Virus record (IMG/VR): IMGVR_UViG_3300010262_000138 | Coordinates: 1 to 64,000 of that record | Length of the DNA stretch: 64,000 nt | Strand: one strand, 5' to 3' | From: a virus | Lineage: Duplodnaviria > Caudoviricetes | Shown: positions 49,693-59,177 of the stretch, in pieces | Layout: each line of letters starts with the position of its first letter | Numbering within the stretch: the stretch's first letter is position 1 | Program-made: the position numbers and the translations under genes | The notes under the pieces: generated by a model | Database searches by the model: none | What the model was told of the DNA's origin: nothing | Seen by the model: only the letters and a program-made list of their open reading frames with translations

Positions 49693-50002
49693 CCGGATAT
49701 TCCCAATAAGGCTGTTTGCGAACTAAGTCATATCTGGCAACAGGGAGACCTTTTTCAAATTTGTCTGCAATTGCATCGCTGACAGCTTTCTTTATAGCAA
49801 CATCATCCCGCATATCGCGTATGGACGGCCTTCTTTTATGTGAAATGTTAATGATAGATCCATCTTCCATGGTAATTGATGTGCGATACTTTCTAATTTC
49901 TCTTTTTTTGATAATTGCCACAAACACACCCCCTGCTATTACGAGCAATGATATTAAAGACTTACTCAATTTCATTTTATCACCCATTACAGTATAATTC
50001 AA
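49667..50002 (-). CDS. Putative antitoxin partner of the zeta-like gene
   Basis: AV..AI......G.PVARYD.....PY.EYPDGR.EYV motif; overlaps the toxin start. Confidence 0.65.
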   Translation of the reverse strand: MNYTVMGDKMKLSKSLISLLVIAGGVFVAIIKKREIRKYRTSITMEDGSIINISHKRRPSIRDMRDDVAIKKAVSDAIADKFEKGLPVARYDLVRKQPYWEYPDGRVEYVK

Positions 50003-50062
50003 GTTTAGCAGGAGATATACACGAATTTAGACGACAGGCAAATTTAATACGTTACGTAGATG

Positions 50063-51229
50063 TTATTCTAATATAACATTATACGCGCAATCTACTCCGT
50101 TTTCATTCACCACAAGCACAGTCTGTTCCGGCTTATTGCGCAATCTATGATCCATGCAGTAGTCGTCAGGTCCGGATACGCACCCTGATTCATATACTCT
50201 TGTATCATAAACCGTCCGCATCCCATTGGTATGGCGGTGCCCTGCAAGAACGATATCAGGCTTCATATGCATAAACATAGTCAGCTTCTGGACAACGGTT
50301 TCCATATTATCCTTGTCCCCATGCACCCCGAAAACTTTCTGTCCCCGAACGCTGAACATTGCCACGCTTTCTTCGACGCCATGTTCGTGAACAAACACAT
50401 TGCTATAATTCGCAAGCCTTGCCGTAAGAAAGAAGGGAACTAGAACGTCAAGATTTTCACCCTTTAGATTATCATCCTTTTTGGGGATAACCCGTCCGTG
50501 ATTACCCGGAACCGAATAAACATGAACGACGTTAAACATGCCGCTGATACACTCAACAAATTTGCTGACCGCCATTGAAACAGTCTTTACCTGTTGGGCA
50601 ACATTCATGTTGTTTTCCAGCCGCGTCGCAGTGTGTATCAATCCGGAAACTAAGTCCCCGCCCAAAAGCAGATAACATCCCTCAGAACAGTGGCGCTGGC
50701 GGATTTCGTCAATTCTCTCAAGGTACTGATTCAGCCGGCGATACATTACTTCCTCGTTATACTCATTAAAAAAGTTTTTAGTGTCAAGACCGGCATGTAA
50801 ATCAGTCAAATGCACAATCAGGTCGTTGTCAGAAATCTCAGTATCTCTGGGCGTATATCCCACTGCAGGCTCTACATTCCACGCAATCACTTCTTTGATT
50901 GTATCAAGCAGAGTGTCCCTACGGGCAAGCTCACGCTGAATACGGGCAAGCTCGCTACGTTCATCGCGCATTCTGATTACGGCTTTCTGTGCCTCCAACT
51001 TCTGCACGTGATAGGTATCCGCAGCGTCTTCTGCTTCCGGGCGTCGTACAAACCCGGCCTCGTCGAATTCATAGAGAAGGGGAGACGCCCTTCGTATTGT
51101 GTTTTTATCGCATGGTTCACCGGTTGCCTTCTCTACATAATCCGCAACGTCGCTCCATTCGATTTCGTCATCTGTTTTGCGCCGCCGCAGAAGGTCAAGC
51201 AGACCAGAATAATAACTCGTATCTCTCAT
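50063..51229 (-). CDS. Calcineurin-like metallophosphoesterase (YonJ-like)
   Basis: TDLH.G, GDLVSG.IH, GNHGR, HGD, GHRH motifs. Confidence 0.85.
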   Translation of the reverse strand: MRDTSYYSGLLDLLRRRKTDDEIEWSDVADYVEKATGEPCDKNTIRRASPLLYEFDEAGFVRRPEAEDAADTYHVQKLEAQKAVIRMRDERSELARIQRELARRDTLLDTIKEVIAWNVEPAVGYTPRDTEISDNDLIVHLTDLHAGLDTKNFFNEYNEEVMYRRLNQYLERIDEIRQRHCSEGCYLLLGGDLVSGLIHTATRLENNMNVAQQVKTVSMAVSKFVECISGMFNVVHVYSVPGNHGRVIPKKDDNLKGENLDVLVPFFLTARLANYSNVFVHEHGVEESVAMFSVRGQKVFGVHGDKDNMETVVQKLTMFMHMKPDIVLAGHRHTNGMRTVYDTRVYESGCVSGPDDYCMDHRLRNKPEQTVLVVNENGVDCAYNVILE

Positions 51230-51287
51230 ATTATCTCCGTAACAAAAAAAAGGACCGGATTTATCCGGTCCTTTATCCTATCCTACA

Positions 51288-51584
51288 TTACTTTTCCAAA
51301 AGATCCTTATTAGGCTTAAAAATGACCTGAACGTGAGCCGGCTTTACGGTCCTTTTACCATTCAGACCTGACACATAGGTACGCTCTTTGATTTTAGCAA
51401 GGGTGAACCGGCCAAAGCCGTACAGATTCACATCGTTACCGGTCTGAAGCTGTTCTTTCAGCAACTCGCAGAATGCTGCGATGGTTTCTTTGCTCTTCTT
51501 CTTAGTAATTCCAGTCTTCTCAGCAAAAAGCTCTGTCAGTTCTTCTTTGAAGATGGTAGGGTTATTGTAACTGATAATAATCAC
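51288..51584 (-). CDS. hup: HU-family DNA-binding protein
   Basis: K.EL....AEKTGITKK, V.L.GFG.F......R.......G.....PA...V.FKP.K.L. Confidence 0.85.
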   Translation of the reverse strand: MIIISYNNPTIFKEELTELFAEKTGITKKKSKETIAAFCELLKEQLQTGNDVNLYGFGRFTLAKIKERTYVSGLNGKRTVKPAHVQVIFKPNKDLLEK

Positions 51585-51586
51585 TC

Positions 51587-52294
51587 CTAAAATTCTAGTT
51601 CATCCGCGTGACTGGAAATCCAGCCGCGATGGTTTGTTGTTAAAGCACATATTGCGACTCTGTTATCGCCCTCAAAGTGGCGGACGTATCTTACAAAGCC
51701 GCTTGCCTCTTTGTTTTCAAGATCGCATTGCCCGTCATGACCAATGCAGATCAGCTTACAGGAATCTGAAATTCTGGTAATTGCCTTCTTAAGATTGGGA
51801 CCTGTGAAGTTCTGACACTCATCAATGATTACAACCTTATTATGAAAGTTGGTGCCTCGTATAAAACTCTCGGTCAGCAGCTTAACGATGCCTTCTCCCG
51901 TTTTCTGGTTGACCATAGAAGCGTCGCATACATCTCTCTGCGGATTCATTTTACACTCAATCATTGCCTGATAGAATGGCTCAAAGTATACTTCGCTTTT
52001 AGCGGTAATATCTCCGGGAAGAAACCCCTGTCTTCCTTCGTTGCAGGCGCTGACCAGTCCGATAATTCCATCATACAAGCCATGCCTGACCAGCAGGTTC
52101 GCCGCGCCCATTGCAACGGTCGTTTTACCGGTGCCCGCACAAGAGTTCGCAAAAATAACCAGCTTCTGAGGATCAAGAATTGCTTCTGCAAAAACCTTTT
52201 GTTCAGGATCAAGCGTCATGCCATAAAAGGGATGACCGTCAAGAGAGGTGGGGCATGGCTCAGAGTAATCCTCGGCAATACGCCTCTTTGCCAT
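51587..52294 (-). CDS. phoH: PhoH-family ATPase
   Basis: AGTGKT, GFLPG, FIRG.N, IIDECQN, TR....CK....G...Q.D. Confidence 0.9.
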   Translation of the reverse strand: MAKRRIAEDYSEPCPTSLDGHPFYGMTLDPEQKVFAEAILDPQKLVIFANSCAGTGKTTVAMGAANLLVRHGLYDGIIGLVSACNEGRQGFLPGDITAKSEVYFEPFYQAMIECKMNPQRDVCDASMVNQKTGEGIVKLLTESFIRGTNFHNKVVIIDECQNFTGPNLKKAITRISDSCKLICIGHDGQCDLENKEASGFVRYVRHFEGDNRVAICALTTNHRGWISSHADELEF

Positions 52295-52923
52295 CAGCGC
52301 CCACCTCCAAAAATATCCGCGATGCTGGTTATAATTCCGTCAATGAATCCATACTCAAGAGCTTCCTGAGCAGTAATGTACCAGTCCTTGTCCTTCTGGC
52401 GCCGGTAAGTCTTTACATCAACCTTCGTCTTTGCCATAAGGTAGTCATGTGAAAACCTTTCCAGAGCCTTAAAGTGACTGGCGGCACACTCTACCTGGCT
52501 CATCGTCCCCTCAATACCTCCAGAACCTGAATGCCACATAAAGGTACTGTGTTCAAGAGCGTATCTCTTATGTCCGGCAAGCATAATCGCACATCCTGCG
52601 CTGGCCGCAAGCCCCATATTATATGTATAGATCGGAGTTTCACTGGCTTGAATGATATCGATCAAGTGCCACATAGCGTATTCATCCCCGCCGGGACTAA
52701 AAATCATAAGGCGAATGGGCTCTCGCTTTTCTTTCTCAATTCCACGATCCGCGTCCTCATAGTTCCACAAAAGAATTCGTTTCCCAATTTCAGTCAGGCT
52801 TGAACTCACCTCAAAATCAAGCCATATGGTTCTACGGTCTGCCTGCTCATAATAGTTAAGAACTTCTGGCTCAGGCAGTTTCAGATTTCCAACACTCTCT
52901 GGGATATTAACGTCTAAAACCAT
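52294..52923 (-). CDS. clpP: ClpP-like protease proteolytic subunit
   Basis: I.SPGG, G.AASAG (Ser), M.H (His), D.Y..A.EA..YG.ID. Confidence 0.88.
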   Translation of the reverse strand: MVLDVNIPESVGNLKLPEPEVLNYYEQADRRTIWLDFEVSSSLTEIGKRILLWNYEDADRGIEKEKREPIRLMIFSPGGDEYAMWHLIDIIQASETPIYTYNMGLAASAGCAIMLAGHKRYALEHSTFMWHSGSGGIEGTMSQVECAASHFKALERFSHDYLMAKTKVDVKTYRRQKDKDWYITAQEALEYGFIDGIITSIADIFGGGR

Positions 52924-53042
52924 ATTTTGTCCTCACAAAACTACTGTATTTAGAGGGGAAGTCCCTCATCATACGAAATATTTTGTGCAATTTATACAAA
53001 ACATGTAGACATGCCCTGAAGATACAGAGATATTACCGACTA

Positions 53043-53816
53043 TCAACTTTTTTCTTTTGCAGTTGACCTTTTGCGTTCCTCGCGCTTCTTCATCTTAAAA
53101 TATCTGCTCCTGCCATCCCCTAAACATTCAGAGCAATAAATGCGGTTACGGTTCTTTGTCTGCGGCATCCAGCGTCCGCACTCACAGCAGCGTGAGAAAT
53201 TTTCTCCCTTAAAAGCCCTGTAAGCATATCCAAGATCCTGAAAATCTTCGTTGTTCAAGTGAATCGCCACATTTCCATCTGGGGAGAATATCAAAGGGCG
53301 GGCGCTTAAATTCATGCATCCATCTCCATACTCTACCATACCCGCCTCGTAGAGCCTTCGCACCATGTCAGTACGTTTCTTTTTGCTTAGAGATAAATTG
53401 GCCCGTTCCGCTACCTCTTTCCAGCGGCTCCCGGCAATAAAACCTTTTGACTTTTCGCTTTTTACCATTTCAAATCTTGCAAGTGCCACACAGGTAAACA
53501 GAAAACATTCCAAGTCCCTGTCTTTCAGGTTGCCTATTATCTCAATTTCTGATGAATAGATTGGTATAGACAAAATCCTATTCAGTGGAAATTTATCTCC
53601 GTTTGATACATATGTAGGGACTTTTTGGAACAACGTAGATCCTTCTGGGAGAGATTTTTCATAAGGCTCTATCAGCTTTCTGACTCGCGCCTCCGCATCG
53701 CTTTTATCCATCCCGCTCTGTACCAGATACCTTGCAGCATACATCGATGCCTCGAATGGGTCTGCTAAAACAGCAGACCCCTCGGTAATATCCTTTGCAT
53801 ACTGATATTCATTCAA
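53043..53816 (-). CDS. Phage protein with C-terminal Zn ribbon downstream of the RNAP gene
   Basis: C.ECG........R.YC.EC; overlaps the RNAP stop. Confidence 0.65.
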   Translation of the reverse strand: MNEYQYAKDITEGSAVLADPFEASMYAARYLVQSGMDKSDAEARVRKLIEPYEKSLPEGSTLFQKVPTYVSNGDKFPLNRILSIPIYSSEIEIIGNLKDRDLECFLFTCVALARFEMVKSEKSKGFIAGSRWKEVAERANLSLSKKKRTDMVRRLYEAGMVEYGDGCMNLSARPLIFSPDGNVAIHLNNEDFQDLGYAYRAFKGENFSRCCECGRWMPQTKNRNRIYCSECLGDGRSRYFKMKKREERKRSTAKEKS

Positions 53817-54918
53817 AATTACCTTGTAAATTTACCTGACCTCCTACATCAATAGCGCATGGAGAGAATCTTTCACCGGCATACTCAACGGCGCCGTTTT
53901 GATCAATCTCCAAATAACACAGCTTATTTCCGGATTCTTTCAAAAGATTGCGGCAAATTTGTTCAGAGCATACCAACCACGCAAACCGCTTTGACCTTTC
54001 TGATTTATAACACAGGTCAACGAGAATGTTACATAATTCCTCTGCGTTACTGACTGCCTGCCCGCACTCTGCCGTAAAATCTTCAATTATTACTGTCTTT
54101 GCCTTCTTGCTTTCTTCTTCAGATATGCGGTAAAGGCGAGCATTCTTTTCGAACTGGTCCATCTGGGAACAAAAGTCGTGATAGATTTTTTGAATCTTGG
54201 CAAAGGCCCTGCTGCTATACTCTTTATCGCTTTTTAGTAGGGAAGAGTCAAACGGATCTGCCTTATGCTCCCGCGTTTTACGAGCCTCAAAATACGCTTC
54301 CACAATATGACATAAACGGTTCATCGTACCGCCGCAGTCAATCACAGGGTTAAGACTCGCTACCTGGTCTAAGAACTCCCGCATACGCGGGGTAGGGGAC
54401 TCTTTATTTCTCAACTCTTCTATGCTTACACCGAACTCCATTCTGCAACGAGTCTGCGTCCGGTCTATGTAGTTGCGATAACGGCTTAGTTCTTCAGGAT
54501 ACCGATATATCATAAAATATGGTTTACGGTCCGCCACAATGCGTATGTTGATTGGATCGTCTGTCTCTGCGGCGGATTTACGTTTGTACCAATGTTTTGG
54601 CATCCCGTTGGAAATAATTCCTTTAAGTTTGTCGATACAATTCTGTTGTATAAATTGCCCGGAAATAACACGATATTCCAACTCTTCGTATTCTCTTTCT
54701 CCTTTAGAGAATCCCGCCTGAATATCTGTCTGGGTTGTGATTCTATTTGTCACCGAGCCAATATCATCTCCGAACCCCGCGATATTAGCCGCAATGAAAT
54801 CGCTCTCGCTCGGAATCTTTTTAGGTGCCTTCTTCTGTTCGCATTGAATAGGAAGAGTTTCCTTGTGACAACCCACCAGAACGGGATTGTCGGTCAGGAA
54901 GATTAAATCTCCATCTTT
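53809..54918 (-). CDS. yonO: YonO-like RNA polymerase, exon 2
   Basis: Begins K-D-G-D-L-I-F-L-T-D-N after omega-G; IG.VTN, Q...IDK.KG, KPYFM.Y.Y motifs. Confidence 0.85.
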   Translation of the reverse strand, partial: KDGDLIFLTDNPVLVGCHKETLPIQCEQKKAPKKIPSESDFIAANIAGFGDDIGSVTNRITTQTDIQAGFSKGEREYEELEYRVISGQFIQQNCIDKLKGIISNGMPKHWYKRKSAAETDDPINIRIVADRKPYFMIYRYPEELSRYRNYIDRTQTRCRMEFGVSIEELRNKESPTPRMREFLDQVASLNPVIDCGGTMNRLCHIVEAYFEARKTREHKADPFDSSLLKSDKEYSSRAFAKIQKIYHDFCSQMDQFEKNARLYRISEEESKKAKTVIIEDFTAECGQAVSNAEELCNILVDLCYKSERSKRFAWLVCSEQICRNLLKESGNKLCYLEIDQNGAVEYAGERFSPCAIDVGGQVNLQGNFE

Positions 54919-55169
54919 CCTTTATACTCCATGTCACCATAGAGAGTAGACTATCTCTTCACCCCATAGGGTGCCCGGCGCTTCCACGCAGGAATTTCAC
55001 CTGACATGTACTTCCTTTCGGAATAGTCGTTACACGTTCTCAAAAGAGCTTCGCACGGTATTGTCTCGGGAAGAGTTCTACCGTTAGCACAGCAAAGCTG
55101 CACACCCCGCAATTACGGGTTCACCGGGTTTTCACCGCGCCGTTTCCGACGCGGGGGACTGCTTTATCA
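54919..55169 (-). ncRNA. Group I self-splicing intron (251 nt, ORF-less)
   Basis: P1 GGAU|U..AGUCC with U-G wobble; P3 CCCGGUG/CGCCGGG; R GUGUAACGACUA; S GAAGAGAUAGUCU; terminal G; splicing restores NGAD-KDGD. Confidence 0.92.
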
Positions 55170-56816
55170 ATCCGCTCCATTCAATGCATGGCAGGTCATA
55201 TCATGGCAGTTTAAAAGCGTAACTGTATTCATATACCGATACCAATAGTTTGCCTCATCAGACCTGTGTATCTTCATCTTCCTGATATTATTGTGATTGC
55301 TCATTGGGGCTCGGAAACATACAACATCATCTGTCCCTTTATCGTGCCAATATCTGTTATATAGCTCCCCGGCTTTCAGCAGCCCTGTCACCGGTAATCC
55401 CCAAATGCTCTGGCACAACGCAATTGGATCGCCGCATATTACAGAGAAGTTACCCTCTACCTTAACCTTCCCGAACTTCGACTCATTTACCCTCTTCTTA
55501 ATCAGCGTCTTAATCTGATTGCGTACAAAGGGGTCTCCAAGCATCCTTCGGTCTGCCTGCAGAGCCGTAACCCAATCAAAATCTCCGCTGAATGCATTCT
55601 TCTCTGTAATACCAGTACCCCGTAAAAAGAGAAGGGTACGGTAATAATCGTCACCCATTGCATCGCTGAGTTCGTGCAGGGTAGGGGAGACCAACTCATT
55701 TATCTCATCATCGCTAAGATCATAGCTCTGAATGAACTGATAATTAAGGCGCCGCTCTTTATCAAGCTCTCTCGAAGTCACTTTTGTAGCTGAAAAGGTA
55801 TATCCATTTACACTGCAATTTTGCAGATAATCATCGATATTTGCGTAAGAATCCCATAATTTCAGCATAGAAGCAGTCAAAATCAGCTCAATTTCGTTGA
55901 TTTTGTGCTTATTTCCCCAGATGTCTACCGCCGCATCCTTTTGTGCTATTGATGACGCAAATTCATGAAAATCAAATGTAAATGCCATACCTTTACAAAA
56001 ACTATTGCGCAGACAAAGCCCAGACGGAAGATAGTCAAGCTGAAGCTCTTCCTGCCATCGCATAGCTAGGGCGGGGGACATCACTCCGTATCCATCGCTA
56101 TCAATCAACTCTACGTCTCCGTTTTTGATAACTTCCATACTTGGTTCTCCGGTAGGTGAGTCCTTCAGAAGAATGTAATCCGAGTTGAAGTGAACAACGC
56201 AGTCGTCTACGACAAGAACCCCTTTTGGTATACTGAGAGGGGTTGATGCGGAACAAATCAAGGCGCGATATGCCTCTAGCTTCGCCGGCACAAACTCTTT
56301 ATCCATGCGTCGCCCATTGTCCGCTCGTCGCCGCAGTTCTTCTAAAAGTTCCGCTCCATTCCTTGTATACTCTGAAATAAATACAACGGTTGAGTTTTTT
56401 ACGCCCCCGGTAGTCCCGACAAATCGTTGGTAGGTCATTCCATTGACCTTAAACCCTTTACACGCCCGGAGAAAATCCTTATTGGAATTACACACCAAGC
56501 AGATGTATTCCGGTACGAATTGGATCTCATTCAATGCAGAATACAGCAATTTTATGCGGTTTTCCACCTCTTTTGAACGTTTTTCTCTCCGCAATTCACG
56601 TAATTCTGTGCGAATTTTCTCGAATTTATCCAGATTTTTATGAAGATCAATACCGGCTATCTGCTCGATCATACGGATACAGGTGCTTTCCGCGAGTGAA
56701 ATCACAGCCCCGGACCTCTTGGCGTCGCGCAGCGAGATATTGTAATCCCAGTTGGACTTCCTCAATTCTTCGGTGGATAACTTCAAAACCTGCCTGAGAT
56801 AAGAATACTGCTTTAT
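55170..56816 (-). CDS. yonO: YonO-like single-subunit RNA polymerase (RdRP-related two-barrel), exon 1
   Basis: DG.G..SP, R..F.KGM, LT.SM.KLW..Y, LNYQF.Q, R.P, LNGAD; start probably ATA 56816. Confidence 0.85.
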
Positions 56817-56913
56817 GAAATCAGCCTCCTTTTTTGTGCATACAGTAATAGAAAATGAGAATAGACAACCCAAAACGATAATCTATTCGAAGTGGATTAA
56901 GAGTTCCCCAAAA

Positions 56914-57213
56914 TCAATTACTGTGAATGGATTTATGCATCTGTTTCATGCGTTCTGCCGCCGCCGCTCTCAACGCATCAGGCGCTTTGCGTTTTGGGGC
57001 GGTCGTTGACCGAATCGTTATCATATTCTCCGGCGCCTCAAAGAGAGCGTAAACAGCCTCACCGCTTTCATCAAACTCCTCCCTTGTTATCTCCCATCCC
57101 ATTTTCCTGAACTTACGGATATAGCGGGGGATAGAAGCCTCTACCTTCCACTTACGGTCGGTATCGTCCAGCCACATATGTACTTCGCGTTCTTCTGTCG
57201 TCAAAGCCTTCAT
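56914..57213 (-). CDS. Phage hypothetical protein
   Basis: EERE...........ASIP.YIRK..K.GW motif; RBS GGGGTGAG. Confidence 0.6.
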   Translation of the reverse strand: MKALTTEEREVHMWLDDTDRKWKVEASIPRYIRKFRKMGWEITREEFDESGEAVYALFEAPENMITIRSTTAPKRKAPDALRAAAAERMKQMHKSIHSN

Positions 57214-57217
57214 CGTC

Positions 57218-57611
57218 TCACCCCACAATCTTATTGATGTAATAGATCCCGTCGCTGCACCAGACCTCTACATCCGGCTCATAGCGAAGAAAATCTTTCA
57301 GATGGTCCCGGCAATACAGATAAGCCGTTCTTCCGGCGCGGACTTCACGCAGGGCCTCGTTCATCATCTGGCGGTAATAACAGTAAAGCGGCGTAGTATT
57401 ATCGTCAGACGACCAACCCTCGTTCTTTCCCCTCGGGAGGAGCTTGCGGCCGGCAGGCGTAATCCCATTCTTCAGATTCGCCACCAGCTCACCGCAGTCA
57501 ACTCCGCTTTCTTTATTTCCGAAATAATCACACACCACTTCTTCTTCCTCTCCTTTTACTCCGCATTCCTTTACGTGCAGACAGCATTTGCACAGATTAT
57601 TTAGCTTCACT
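57218..57611 (-). CDS. Phage hypothetical protein (Cys-rich N-terminus; start approximate)
   Basis: Co-oriented in the operon; CKCC..C motif. Confidence 0.45.
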
Positions 57612-57632
57612 CTATAAACTGGCTCCTTCCCA

Positions 57633-57821
57633 TCAAGGGTTATTTGTATTTTGTACCAGCTCGGAAAGCCGGTCTGACAGCTCCGCAGAGATGCCGACCA
57701 TAGCGCAGCACTCATTCCATTCGCACCACCATGCGCAGCTCTCTTTACTGCACGATCTGTTTCCAGCTACTTTGAGAGGACACATCTTATTTTCCAATCC
57801 TAATTTCCTCCTCCGGTTCAC
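57633..57821 (-). CDS. Small Cys-rich phage protein
   Basis: CPL......C....CAWW......CA motif. Confidence 0.55.
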   Translation of the reverse strand: MNRRRKLGLENKMCPLKVAGNRSCSKESCAWWCEWNECCAMVGISAELSDRLSELVQNTNNP

Positions 57822-57975
57822 GAGGCCACTGAAATTCAGACTTAATGGCTTCCAACTTAGCGGCCATTATAGCCAGCCTCGCTTTCGCTTTCTTTTCTCT
57901 CAACTCGTAATCTAAATTTTTGACTTTAACTTTCATGAGCCCTCCATTTGCGGGGCGGGTATCAACCCGCCGCAT
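57787..57975 (-). CDS. Small phage protein
   Basis: RBS GGAGG before internal MKVKVK; operonic. Confidence 0.45.
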   Translation of the reverse strand: MRRVDTRPANGGLMKVKVKNLDYELREKKAKARLAIMAAKLEAIKSEFQWPREPEEEIRIGK

Positions 57976-58744
57976 ACTCTTTTCTCAGCTTCTCGACGAT
58001 ATACATCTGGCCTTTACCAGTTACCAGAGTAACAGGGAAGATCTTATGCCCATATGTAGTTTCCTTCGCAACCTCCTTTACATCGAATAATCCGGAGGAG
58101 ACATACTGCTGGTAAGGCTCGTTGTTTTCCCGCAGGATCTTTTTGTCCCTAAGCCACCGGAGCAGCTTGTTGCGCCCGAGAGGAATATTCTCATCGTGGA
58201 CCAGTTTTGCCATCTGGGACATCGTAATCAGGTCTTTCGAGTTGCCAACCTTCTCAGCAAACTCCACCATAGGCTTCTGAGACTCAATGACCTTCTCCTG
58301 CGCCGCAGTCTTTTCTTCCAGAAGCAACCGCTGTTCACGCTCCGCTTTGAGATCCGTAGCCAGACGAATGATGGTGTCGGGGTTAAGGAGAACTTTTTCA
58401 ATTGTTTCAGGGGTCATATAGGCGCCATGCTTGCGGATAGAGGGAATAACTTCGTCAGCAATCTTTGCCTGAAATGCTTCTGCGGCCTCGTTTTTAGCTT
58501 TCATAGCAAGGCGGTAGAAGATGTTTTCGGGGATGAAATCGGGGCAACCATTGCCATCCCCACTTGTGGGGACGCCGAGTTCTGTGAGATATTTTCGTAC
58601 CCGCTCCCACCGTACAGCTTCGTTGCCGCTGGCTGCAATTTGGGTAAACCCCAAGCCTCGGGCCACCGTTTCGAGCTTCAGATAGGCCGTTCCATCCTTC
58701 TCATAACACTCGATTCCTTTGATAGTAATGATGTTGTTTTCCAT
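57962..58744 (-). CDS. Phage antirepressor (BRO-like N-term plus KilAC/ANT C-term)
   Basis: ARGLGF, FIPENIFYRLAMKAKN..AE.FQ, VIPSIRKHGAY, G.N.L..WLR, PYQ.Y...G.F, VTGKGQ. Confidence 0.9.
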   Translation of the reverse strand: MENNIITIKGIECYEKDGTAYLKLETVARGLGFTQIAASGNEAVRWERVRKYLTELGVPTSGDGNGCPDFIPENIFYRLAMKAKNEAAEAFQAKIADEVIPSIRKHGAYMTPETIEKVLLNPDTIIRLATDLKAEREQRLLLEEKTAAQEKVIESQKPMVEFAEKVGNSKDLITMSQMAKLVHDENIPLGRNKLLRWLRDKKILRENNEPYQQYVSSGLFDVKEVAKETTYGHKIFPVTLVTGKGQMYIVEKLRKEYAAG

Positions 58745-59002
58745 TTGCAGCTTCCTTTCATAACTTGATATAAGATTGTTTTCTATAAGCTGCGCCCACA
58801 AGTGGGCACGATTTTCGACCACTTGTGGTCGAAGCTCCTACCGGATAGGAGTCGGCGGATCACCGATTCCTTAATCCCGATCCCTCATGGGGGTGGTGTT
58901 TCACCACCCCGCGCGACAATTTTTCCCACACTCCTCTCACAATTTGCGTTTAAATATAGTAATGCCCGGTACAGTGATGTGGATGGATTTTCCCACCAGT
59001 GG
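58557..59002. promoter_or_regulatory. Four CCAC-N2-GTGG palindromes (operator-like)
   Basis: Cores at 58560-69, 58796-805, 58819-28 and 58993-59002; three have extended symmetry. Confidence 0.5.
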
Positions 59003-59177
59003 CGCAGCCACGTCGATGGATTTTATATCTCATCCGCTACCGGGGCCAACCGGTATCGGAATCCTTGAGCGCGAACGGCAGGGCCAACCACCGTCCGGGC
59101 ATACTATTCAAATTTAGCTGGGATTACGCGAAACACCCCATCAGTGTTTTTATGTACGTTTGAACCTTCAACTGCCA

